Assembly (NCBI GenBank): GCA_963924565.1
Contig: OZ004607.1
Coordinates: 10,416,001-10,480,000, forward strand
Direction: 5' to 3'
DNA: 64,000 bases
DNA from: Ascidiella aspersa
Taxonomy: Eukaryota
A model generated the notes under the pieces. The model made no database searches and was not told the origin of the DNA. It worked only from the letters and a program-made list of their open reading frames with translations. The position numbers were made by a program, and so were the translations under genes. Shown here piece after piece: positions 10,201 to 22,200 of this stretch. Each line of letters opens with the position of its first letter. Within the stretch, counting starts at the first letter, position 1.

Positions 10201-13200
10201 CAAATACAATTTGTCTTTATACAGTGCCACCTGATTTCTCTATTTAGAATTAGGACAAATACGGCCATATACAAAGATAAATGTTTTAAGTAACACAGGG
10301 ATCACTGTAATCACAACATTTCGTTCACATTTTTCCCTAGTCTAAAAGGGTGCAAATTTTATTTCACTAATTTATAGAGTACCTTATTTAAGTGGTGAAC
10401 TCATTGTATTTGTATTGTCAATTCCATACAATTTCTTAATAGAAAATGAGATTCAATAATTAGCCTACTTCAATCACACAAAAAAAAAACTTAGCCCCGA
10501 CGACAAAGTCACCCAGCAACGTTATATGAAAACAATGCACTTACCTATTTGGTTATCTGCGGTGGTCTCGTTCTTGTAGCAAGTCTTGTGAAGCTTTCCC
10601 TTAAAGAGCTCGAGTCCGATAACGGCGTATATGATGATGACGAACATTACGAGCAGGGCGATATGCAAAAGTGGCAGCATGGCGCGGATAATGGCGTTCA
10701 GCACCACTTGAAGACCTAAAAACAAGTAGAACCTGCGTCAAATCGGGTAGCAAAATAAAAAACCTAAAAACTAAGTATACTTCAAAACAACTTGGAGGCC
10801 TTTCAATTACCAAAAGAACTTTAAAAAATGAGCAACAGACAAACTATCTACCAAAATTATGGCGTTCAGCATTAAAAGCCAGTTAAAACATTTGTTCCTT
10901 ATGGGGTCTAAAGAAATAACAGATGATCAAAAACTGATGAATCATCTGATATTAATATTATGTCTCACAGCATAACTTGCAGGCCTGCTATGAAAAGGAG
11001 GAACAATCTAGGAAAGCCTCTGTATAAAAGTATAAGAAGAGAAACAACAACAACCGAACCATTTTAATAATTTAATCCATTGGTTTCCGACCAAAGTCAT
11101 GGCGTTTATGCCAGTGTTTCCCATTGCAGGCCAAGGTCGTGTATAGTAGTGACCTTGGCCATGTTTACACGAAGAATGCTTTTACAGAGCCAAAGAGCCA
11201 AAGAACTAAAGTTCTATTTGTATAGGTAAAATAACTCTACGTTCTTCTCTCAGATTTTCAAGGTACACAACCGTCTTTATCGCAAGGCCTTTTCAAATCT
11301 AGCACTAAAATAAGTTGCAGGCGCATAATTTCCATTACCTAATTGAAGTCAGCATTCTTATAATTTCTTGTGTTATATCTTGTTGTTAAAATATTAGTTT
11401 TTAAATATACATTTCAGAAATAAATTCGATACCACTTCAATAGGCCGGTATCAATAAAGATGGGTTAACAAAAAAAATAAGCCTCGGGATTGTTAAGGCG
11501 CCTTTAGTTACGGCGATAACAAAGGTGCGACAAGTAATTGTTGGAAGTAATTTTTCACATTAAAAATAGAGTGTCAACAAAACATAAAATGGCGCCAAAG
11601 CGTTTTGATGTGCCAAACGAAATCTAAGAGACACTTTCGGCGCCTTAACTTATAAATACGACAGTAACCAGGGCTTTCGTTTAACTCGATTGGAGAGATC
11701 ACTTGAAGGGATCCCAAGGGAAATCGCCTGCAACCGAACAGAGGCATTAGCAAAGGGCGTTTTCGCCACAGCAAGGGGCTACAATGCCTTGTCCACTCAA
11801 TCTCCCAACGGGCCATCGCGGAACAGCTCCATTCACTTGCATTACTTTTGCATACAACATGCTGCAAGGCAGTATCGGTTAGGTTTTGGTCTTAATTGGA
11901 TTACAATAATTACGGCGTGACAAAGTCTAGAGTCGTTGTTCAAACTTGATTCGTTGTTCGTTGTTCAAACTTGATTCGTTGTTCGTTGTTCAAACTTGAT
12001 TCGACCCAATGAGTAGATCGACATTATCTTGATTAAGAATTTTCGATACGAACTTGAATCGTGTTCAATTAATGTGACTGAGAAGTAAATAAAAGCATCA
12101 CTTGAAAAGGTGGGATGCAATTGTTATCATTCGGAGTATCTATAGTCGGATAATTAGTGATCCATAGTTGTATTTACAATTAGTTGAGTTGATCTTTGGA
12201 CACAATGACATCACACTTGGGCCCGAGTTTTGAGAGTAGAATAACTCAAAAGTTGCTTTGCGACAAGCTTTTCCAAAAAAATTGGAAAGTTATTGTTTGA
12301 TTTGGAATATTGCGTGCGGTCAAAGATTTGGTAAAAATGTTTCTAAATTGTTTTTTAGATACAGTATGGTTGCAGTGTTAAAAAGGATGGTTAGAGTTAG
12401 ACCTCAATATAGGGCAGTTTTAATTTTGAATGAAGGAAAATGCCGATTACTGGATATGACTTGTTTGGACTAATGTTTATAACACGTGTTGTCTCGGACT
12501 CCAATTATATATAAATTAGTAGGCTATATTTGTAAGACCTACAGGTCTGCAGCGAACCTTGTATCTTTACTATATTGATTATTAGATCCTTTATTCTACA
12601 AGGTCAACACCATAAAACGTTAACGGTCCTAATATGTTTGCAAAAAGGATCGCGTGTCGAGAAAAAACATTCGGGTTGTTTACACCCGGTCTGCTGTCTT
12701 ATCGTTGTCCTCACGTTATGCGGCTCACAAATGTGTGTTCGTCAAACACTTACCGGAACACAGCAGTAAACATGACGACGTTTCATAAGGGAAAAAAATC
12801 GGGGTGTTGATCGATATCACAGGAAACGTGGTGTTGTTTTATATTTAAATTGTGGGTTGGCTAAGATACAACGCCATGGATTGAAACATAACGACCACCT
12901 ATGTTGCATAGAAGCATAAATTTGGCGTTGTATGAAAACGAATTTGTCAAGTAATAAATGGCATTTTCAATATGCCGAGTCGTTTAAACCAGGAACCTAA
13001 CTCAATTAAAAATGTTCCCGACGCTGTCAGCGATAAAGATAACAAAGATAACATTTATGTTGTCGTCGGTATGCATTTGTTAACCTGTTGAACAACTTTG
13101 GGCCAAAAATGTGATTTGAGTACTATAGGTACATGTAAAAACGATAAAAGCTAAGCCGACCTTACAAATGCGAGGCGAGACTGAATTTGGAAACCACTGG

Positions 13201-16200
13201 TTTAAATTAAAAAAAATAAAAGTGAACATGGTTATTCATTAATTTGTTTGAGAGAGCTAAAAAAATTTTGTTGATTGTTTTAGGCAATATTTTAAATATT
13301 TAACTAGCTGTGACTTTCTGCCGAAAAATAACTAAAAAAATCATAACTAATTTTAATATTTATCCACACAAAGTCCGCGGACCTTAGGTTTGCCAGTCTT
13401 GGTGTTAAGCATTAGAGATGTAAAGTGCAATGAAGGCAGCTGAGATTGCTTTGACCTCTGAACCCAAGCATACGTCACTGGCAAGCTAAAGTATCCGCTG
13501 TCGGCGCGAACGACTGACCTCGGGCGCGTGTTGCACATCAGAGAGTCGGAAAATAGGTGCTGTGTCAGCGGGACAGAAATAGAAGCTTACTAGGCCTTTA
13601 CCACTGTCCGGCCTTGCCCCTGCCCTGATGGGATTTATTTTGAAACCTTGCCTTTGAAGTTGGGTGCTTTGTTTAGAAGTAATATCAAAGCTTTAAGTAT
13701 TGGCTTGGCCTTCTTTGCACGCTCGGAAATCGTTTGTTGTGTTATATGGGTATAGGCTAAATTGGCCTATAAGATGACTTTTTATAGAATAAAATTCATT
13801 TAGCTTTGTTTTAAATGGAGTGCAAAACAATTAGATTTCAAATTATTCATGTTTTTCAATAGAATGTAAATGAACTTTGAAATTATTGAAGTTTTTCAAT
13901 ACAATATAAATAGAATTTTAAATTCCTAATAGTTTTAAAGGAATTTGTTTAACCGTCACTCAAGTACGGTCAATACCTGATCCACTACAACATTTTTGGG
14001 GGTATACAGCAGGATTGGACGTTGAGTAAAATTAATATTTTTTAAAAATGACAAAGTTTAGGATTGTTGTTTACACTTTGGTTGTAAACTTAAAGCAAAA
14101 ATAATATTTTATCAAAGCTATGTTTTAACATTTTGAAACGAGTAATAATTACGGTTATATATTTCTCACTAAACCCTTCAAAACGTTGCAATTTTAAGGG
14201 TTGAAAATTGGCGGACCATACGGCGTTTGAAAAAAACAGAAAAGCTTGAAGTAAATTGTTTCACAATTTCTCTATAGCGCTTGAAGGTTTTCTTTTACTT
14301 CCGCTAATTTATTATTTGATTTTGGTGCTGGCACAGTATAGGTACCTAATTAGATGTCAGGAAATTGCAAGGTTGCAGAAACGCAACATTATAAAAAAAC
14401 AATACTGCGTGTATTTTGTAGTACACGCATGTTTCAAGCGCCTGATTTTTGGGTAAAATATTATAGTGTTTGGAGTAATTATTATGTCATTCGAGTGATT
14501 TCCGAATTTCATGCAAGGTTAAAAGTCTTTTAGAAGGGATTCTAATCTGGCCTCCTTCAAACAGTGTTAAAAACAGCATTTAAAAGGCAAATTAACGAAG
14601 CACGGGTTGCCTGTCTGAATTGCTTCCTGGGCCCAGAGACTCGTAAAAAATATCATTATGAGTTGTATGACTATAACATTATTAGTAGTAGGAGGCTAGG
14701 AGTGTGTGTACTTACTGGGAACGCCAGACACCAGACGCAGAGGCCGGAGCACCCTGAAGGCCCTGAGAGCCCGCACTTTGTCGGTACTTCCCATGTCAGC
14801 AAGGTCGAAAACGATACTGAAGAGCCTGCAAAGAAAAACACAATGTTCCAGTTGATTGTATTTCAATTATGTTCAATTATGCAATGACTATAACACCGAT
14901 CTCTGAAAATTGTCATTGCAAAATGAGCAACATATAAAAGTTGGATGAACAAGATTTTCAATAAGAAGACAATTAGTATAAGATGTTAAATTAAATGGAC
15001 AAGGAGCGCAAGTACCTGAAGGATGCACTTGATATTTTGTTTAGATAGCGATACCCGATATTTTGAACAAAAAGTATCGCCATCCGATCCTATACCAAAT
15101 GACGTCATTGCTATGCCCCAATAAGCAAAACAGTTTATGGACAATAGGTTTAGTTACCTATAGATGTTAACCTATTACAAATTCCGACAAATTCACCCTT
15201 TTAATGTTGAAATAACTGTCTTTGGGCGCAAATTATAGATAAAACTCCTATGTTAATTTGGTATCATATCGGCACGGATATCACCCTAGTATCGGACGAG
15301 TACCGATACCAACATTTGACATCTTCCCTGTTGTACCTTATACAGACACACTGTACACTAGGGATGTCCGATAATATCGGATCGGTGCCGATACTCGATG
15401 CAAAGTGGTATAGTATCGGTACTCATCCGATACTAGAACGGTATCGGTGCCGATCCGATATCAAAGTAATACACGAATTTCAGTCAAGCTTTGCTTTTTA
15501 ACACATCGATTAAAATGTGGAAGGCAACCTTATTAGGTAAGCAACTGGAGATACTAAACTTCTTGAACGTTTTAATTATGTCTAATTTCAATGTCTTAAG
15601 CATAGTAAAGACGTAGTTTGGTATCGTATTGGATCGCGATAATGTGTGTCAGAAACATCGGTATACTTTTGCATAGAGTCTGCTACAAGTTTATGCTCAC
15701 AAAATCAAGTCGTTTTGGCAGGTTAAAAGTTCTACGATAAATGGCAGGCTCGAAGGAAATTCGTTCAGACATAAAAAAAAGTTCACAAGGATTTGCTAGG
15801 CTCTGACGCAACGAATGACGTCCAAGAAGCAGTCGTAAGATTAATACAGCGCGCCGTTATAACCACCAAGGTGCCCACATCCGATGTGCAAGATCATGTG
15901 CCACGAAGCAACATCACAGACGTCTACGCCTAATAGGTTAAGCCGTCTGATCTAATTTTATTAAGACGCGGAACGCTTTTAATGAGTTCTAACTTGGAAA
16001 ACAGAACATTTTTCAGGTTTTTGAGTAGATAAATTCCCCGCAAAAAAGCCTAAAGTTGTTTCCATGCTTTTGGCCTTGTTATATTCGGTAATCTATATGC
16101 AAAAATAAACTCAATCATAATTCTGGCCATTTGTTTGACTCCCGACTTTGAAATTTCCCGCAACCAATAAGCTAAAAAAAAGGCCCCATACAATTTTTCG

Positions 16201-19200
16201 CCCGCCTTTATTACGAAGTCTTACGTTTTTTTTTTAATTTTTCATCTTTGGTTTCTGTGTGCTCATGTTCAGAACTTGTGTAACCATTTTACACTCCATG
16301 TAAAAGTTTCCGCATGCTCTGTCCTTACCTTTGCTAATTCTACCCCTATTACATTCTCCCCTAGCTTTCCAACATAAAACACCCGAAGGTTCTTGCTCTT
16401 CGCTACGAAGAGATGAAAAAGGCACGTAAATCACATAACTTAAGTTTACTTATTTTTTAATGACGTGTTATTTTTGCTAATGTTATTTCACAGACGACGC
16501 CGAAAACGGGGCCGGTGTGTATGAAACGATACTTAAGTGTTTTAACAAGAGTTAAAAGATATCCAAATCACCAGTAGCTTACTCACCCAACAACGACAAT
16601 GATAAAATCGAGCAGGTTCCAGCCGTTGCGTAGATAGGCGTTAGGGTGAAGCACCAGGCCGAATGCCACGATCTTCATAATCGACTCGATCGTGAATATT
16701 CCAAGAAAAACAATCTCCACTTTTTCCTGAACAAAAAAAGTATTTTTTTAAGTTTTTTGTTCGATCTTGAGCTAGACGTTACCTATTTGTTTGTTGCGAT
16801 GCCCAAACCCGACATTTTGGGATAAATTTTCCGCCATTCAAACCGATACAATTATGTTGAAATGTGCAAACGTAATTTTTACAGGTTATTCAGCCAAAAA
16901 TATACTTTGCCGCTAGGAAGTTTATTTTTCGTTGGTTTGTGGCGATAATTTTGTTGTATATATTTCTAACTAGAAAACTTTGGGTCGTAATAACTTAAAG
17001 GGTCATATTTTAGGTCTTGCAAATCGCCATAACGCGATTTTGGACGTGATTATTACTATACGTATACTGTTGTGATTATTTCGTACTGTCCGTGTCACAA
17101 TAGACTAAATACGATGTTACAGTTAAGTTGATTTCGTATGACTAAATTACCACATTGATGAAGTATCGCATTGGCTCTAGCACATAATACCATATAGCAG
17201 GGTTTCTTAACCAGGGTTGCTCGAACCCCCAACGGGCGCGAGAACTGATGCAATGCTGAATCAGATACAGAAAATGTATTAATGTTATTTCTCTCTTTGC
17301 TCAATAAAATGTAAAACTAACTCACATTTTAGTATTGAGTTATTGTGTTATCAGTTACTTGTATAAAAACAAAATTACAATGATTTTGTTATTTAAGAAA
17401 TTATAGAAGGGGGTGCAAGAACTGGTTTGTGATTTGAAAGGAGTGCAGCATGGACAAAAAGGTTTAGAACCACTGCCCTATAGTATAGTACGACTAGAAG
17501 TTATAAGGCCTGGATTAGACGAATAGCTTTATTGCGATATTTTTATACATCGCCAACCAAATATGGGTCGAGATAAAATATAAATCAACAACTGACAGCT
17601 TAAATACCGAGTTGCATGGTTTTAAATGCAGATATTTTATTCGTGTTGAAACTAAGTTATTGTCAATATTGTCCTCTCAGATTAATGTGGTTTAAGATCT
17701 ATAGGCATGCTTAAATAATAACAAAGTGTTTCGTGTACTCCGTTCCCTTTTGGTGAAAAAAAAAGGAACTAAAAAAGTTACTGGTTGTTTTTGTACATTG
17801 TTGCGTCCCTTTATTAAATAAAAAAAAAACTGTTAGAAGCTTTAATACAGTGCCAATCTCTTCGGGCCGACACATATTTTTTCACTAAACATTGTAAAGC
17901 GAACGTTTCATGCAAAAAAGCAGCTGCCGAGAACCTAACTAGCCGCAAAGTGCCGAGTTACAAGCGTGTAGGTGAGATAACGCTCGATGCGGAACGAGTC
18001 GTGCTAGATTCTCGGCATCAGCAAACGGCAGTGGAAAGGTCAGGTCAGGTTCAAGCACTTACCAGAATCTCGTTGGTGGAGTTCGAGTCCTCGCCCGGGA
18101 ATGGCACGTAAATGGCGAGGGCTACACAGTTGGCGAAAATGGTCAGAAGGATAAGCACGTCGAAGGGCCTGGCGAAAAGTAAAAAGTGAGGTTGGAAAAA
18201 CGTTTGTCAACCTTTCGCAATTATTGGCCTGAGGGTATTTTCTGCCAAAAATTTAGAAGAAAAAATGAATGTACATGGTGAAAACGGAGAAAATTCACAG
18301 GGTTATGTAACGTCTTCGAATCAATAAACCTTGTTGGATAAATAATAATCAAAAGTAAAAAAACAGTTAAAAGATTTTCGCTTGACAGGTGGTTATTTCG
18401 CAGTACTGAAACTACCAGTGTATGCCAAAGCTTGAAGTTGAATAACCGTTTATCAACCTTTCGCAATTTTTGGCCTGAGGATATTTTCTGCAAACATTTT
18501 AGCGAAAAAATGAATGTACGCATGGTCAACACCGAGAAAATTCATAGGGTTATGTAATGTCTACTAATTAATAAACTATTTTGGATATATATTAATCAAA
18601 AGTAAACAAAAGTTAAAAGATTTTCGCTTGACAGGTGGTTATTTCGCAGTACTGAAACCACCTGTACAATTATGCAATGACTGTATCACCGACCTCGGAA
18701 AATTTGCCTTGGAAAAGAGACAAAATATGAAAGTTGGATGAAAGAGATTTAAAGAAAACAATTAATATAAGATTTTCAATAAAATGGATAATGAGCGCAA
18801 AGCAAAATGAAAAATGTCAAAGTTTTGGACCTGGCTGTGGTCAGTGCTTACTATTTTATACAGATGTCACAAAATTAAGCGCCTGTGACAAGTTAGCGCA
18901 CATTACTATAACCGTGGTGATTTCAACAGTATATAAAACCTTTTAAAGACCGTTTACAAACATAGTTGTAGCTTTTTCAACTATGTGACATTACACTTTG
19001 TCTTAACTTTGCAACGTAACATTTTGACGTAACTTTGTGATGTTATGTCATCTCTAAAAAAATGTCATACCACCCCTGTCTAAACGAAATTCCTAGATCC
19101 GCGCCTGGTTACAAGATATAAAAGACCCACCCTGTAATGTTAGAAAAGCACTAGAATCTGTAAAGTTACTTGATAAATGTAACCTGTGAAACAGGAGAAC

Positions 19201-22200
19201 CTTAACATATAAAGTACGCCAAAAATGCCAAGTCGAAGTTGTAGGAGAATTGTAATTAAAGAAGTTGTATTTCTTCAGGTTCGCAGTTTTATAAGGCTGT
19301 GCAAAGGGTTCTGAGGCTATCAAATGGCGAGGAAACAATAGCCCGGCGTGAATTGGGCCGAACTTAAACTTCACCGACGAAAGTTCAAAGGGACTTCTGT
19401 AAGTGAGCTGAACGCTCCCGGAGACATGAGAAGTATTTAAGTGTGCACAGGCCAAGGTTAAAACGAACTTTGTAAGTTCAGGGCAATTACCTGGCTTGCT
19501 ACAAACCGTGTCAGATCGGTTTGCCAAAGGCGTATTGAACGGTCGCAACAGACCGCTTAAAATTGCAACTGTGTTCGGCAATTTGATGACTTTCTATTTT
19601 TTTTTCACTGGTCTAGTACGTCAAAATTTAAAAAATACACACCCACACGGTTAACGTAAGATAAAAACCAACATGTAGGTCATGCCAATGCTACTTGCCA
19701 AAAACCCCAAAATAAGAAATCGCTTCATAACGTTTCAAAACAGTTCCTATATAAGTTGGTTATCGAAATGGCACAGATATGCCAGCCGAGTATCAGACGA
19801 GTACCAATACTAAAACTGGGTATCAAGTAACATTTTCGATACCATATCATTAAATTTGATAAGTTGCACGTCTTTCAGTGATTTATGCTGTGGTTTGTTG
19901 TTAGGTCGGCACCTAGAAAGATCAACCGCGAACACCCAGGTTTATGGTGGGTTCGTGTTTCAATTTTGAAGCGCGTGAAGAAGGAAATTGCTTTAATGAC
20001 GTGTAATTTGCCTCGCACCCGACTCAAAGCGCCGCAAGGTTGCCGCAAAAATCGTGTGTCGCCACAGTTAAGATAACTCTTATTTGGGCAATGGAAGGGA
20101 TTCTACTTTCGCTAGCAATATTAGTGAAAGAAACGCGAAACTGAATATAGCAAAGGAACAATAACACCCTCTTTATTTGCTTAGCTAAGCTGACTCCATA
20201 ACTTTAAGACTTTCATAAAATATCGAGGGGCAATTTGACAAGTTTTACCTTATTGAACTATTTACATATAAGAAAGACCTGTGCTACATTTATAACAGTT
20301 GTTGCATGATTAACTGAAGTTTAAACCCATCAAAATATATTAGAGTTTATCATTTCCATGGATAAACATTATTTTGCAGATTGCGAAGGATAAATTTTAC
20401 GAAATAAATAAAAAAATTGTAGCAACCTAAGAATTTAAAGGCGGTCAAAATAATTATTTTTTTTAGATTGCGTACATCGGGCATGTCGTTTCAACAATCC
20501 TAATTTAAGCCGCCTGGAAAGTGTAGCACGCTGGTGAGGTATTAAATAAACAATAAAAAACTATTGTCTTACCAAACGATCATTTATTACACTGAACATC
20601 TCCACAATGAATAGCTTTACAACATCTATTATACAGCCTGATACAGTACCTCAGGACCCAAACAAAAATTATAATTTCTAAAACTAAAATCGTTTTGTGA
20701 AAATCAGATTAACAAAATTGTTTTGAAAAAAAAATCGGATTCATAAAAATGTCTTAAAAGTTTAAAAATTTGACTAACCTTCCAAAAAAAACCCATAATA
20801 TTACATAATATTAGCCACCAATATCAGATCAGTCAAAAATAAATGTTGTCCCAGGCTCCCAGCGTACCTGCAATGCGATAATATCACTTATCAGCCGCGA
20901 AGCAGGCTTGCAACTTTTAATGCATTATGCAAGGATCCGCAATGTAGCACACAAAAGCACTCGTTGGCTAATAATCCCATGCGAGCAATGCCTTAGCGCG
21001 TGCCACATAACGGCAGGGTTGTATTACAGACCGACCATATTCCTCTTACCACTTAAGGCACCTACAATTTGGCCGTCGCACTCAAAAACGAACACCTTTG
21101 GCCGGAAAATTAGAGACTCCGCCGCCTCTGTTTACAAGCCTGTTTTCTATGCAACTGTGGGTCTCAATTTTTTATGTTAAGGAATGCTAAATATGCTCGC
21201 CACCGCTGTCGAACGTTGTCTAATTTTGAACGGACCTTTGCAAATTTGTCTTTTGTCTAATTTAGAATCCATTCAATTCATTACCAAGTTAGCTGAACGA
21301 ACTACGTAAACGTACTATATAGGTCACGGAAAGGCATTTAAACCATATATTGTTAAATATGCCATATTTAAAGTTAGAACCCTTGGTTGTGATTAATTAT
21401 CAATCAAGTTATTGTTATAATCGAGCAAGAGTATTTTAGGTAATGTCAGGACTTAACATTAACAAGGTTTTACACAATTCGTATACTTCATCAGGCCAAT
21501 TTTTACTATGTAAAATTTTGAATGAGAAAATATGATTTGTACTTCAAAAACCGCGGCCTAATTTTTGGTTTTATATTCCAAAGTTAAAGCTTTAAAAATA
21601 TATATATATATATTTGCCTAACCAAAAATATTGCTTAAAGTTGACTTTGTGTAAAACTCTAAAATGGAATTATTTCGAAAGAAAACAGGTCGCTTCGGTG
21701 ATTTCTCCGTTTATATTTGCCAACGAGTTGGACTGAAAACACCAGGTTTCTTAAAATTACTTTTTTATTACGTTATCTCTGACAAATTTCCTCTCGCCCC
21801 TGGTCCACGCGAACCCATTTTTAAGTCCCCTTATATTTCATTAGAAGTATTTTAAACTTCTAATGAACCATACATTTTTGAAGTCCGCCTTTTAAGGATT
21901 CCGCATTATAAAAACAACAACCTCTAGTTTAATGAATACGTTAAGAGGTAAACGTATAGCAAGTTGGTCACCTTACGTTATGCCTACCATATGTCCTCTT
22001 TTAGGAGGATTTGTCCTCTTTTCTCAAGAAAAGTGAACGGTCCTCCGAGGACGCCCAAAAATGCCAAAATGTCCTGTTTTTTTCGCATTTCGAATAAGTT
22101 GCTCTTACTGTCAACAAGACTTTTCGGCGAGGCGTTGTATTTATTCCCAAACAATTACTGCAGCAATGAAACATGCTAAATTGCTGGTTTAAAAAATTAA

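Noticed and set aside
10697-10717. RE1/NRSE-like TTCAGCACCAC
   Set aside because: Half-site only, and explained by the VVLN codons of exon 6
11933-12003. CRISPR-like repeat
   Set aside because: Head-to-tail minisatellite with no spacers, in eukaryotic DNA
19093-19581. 162-aa intronic ORF
   Set aside because: TTG start, no recognisable domain, no convincing splice sites, ends in a repeat terminus
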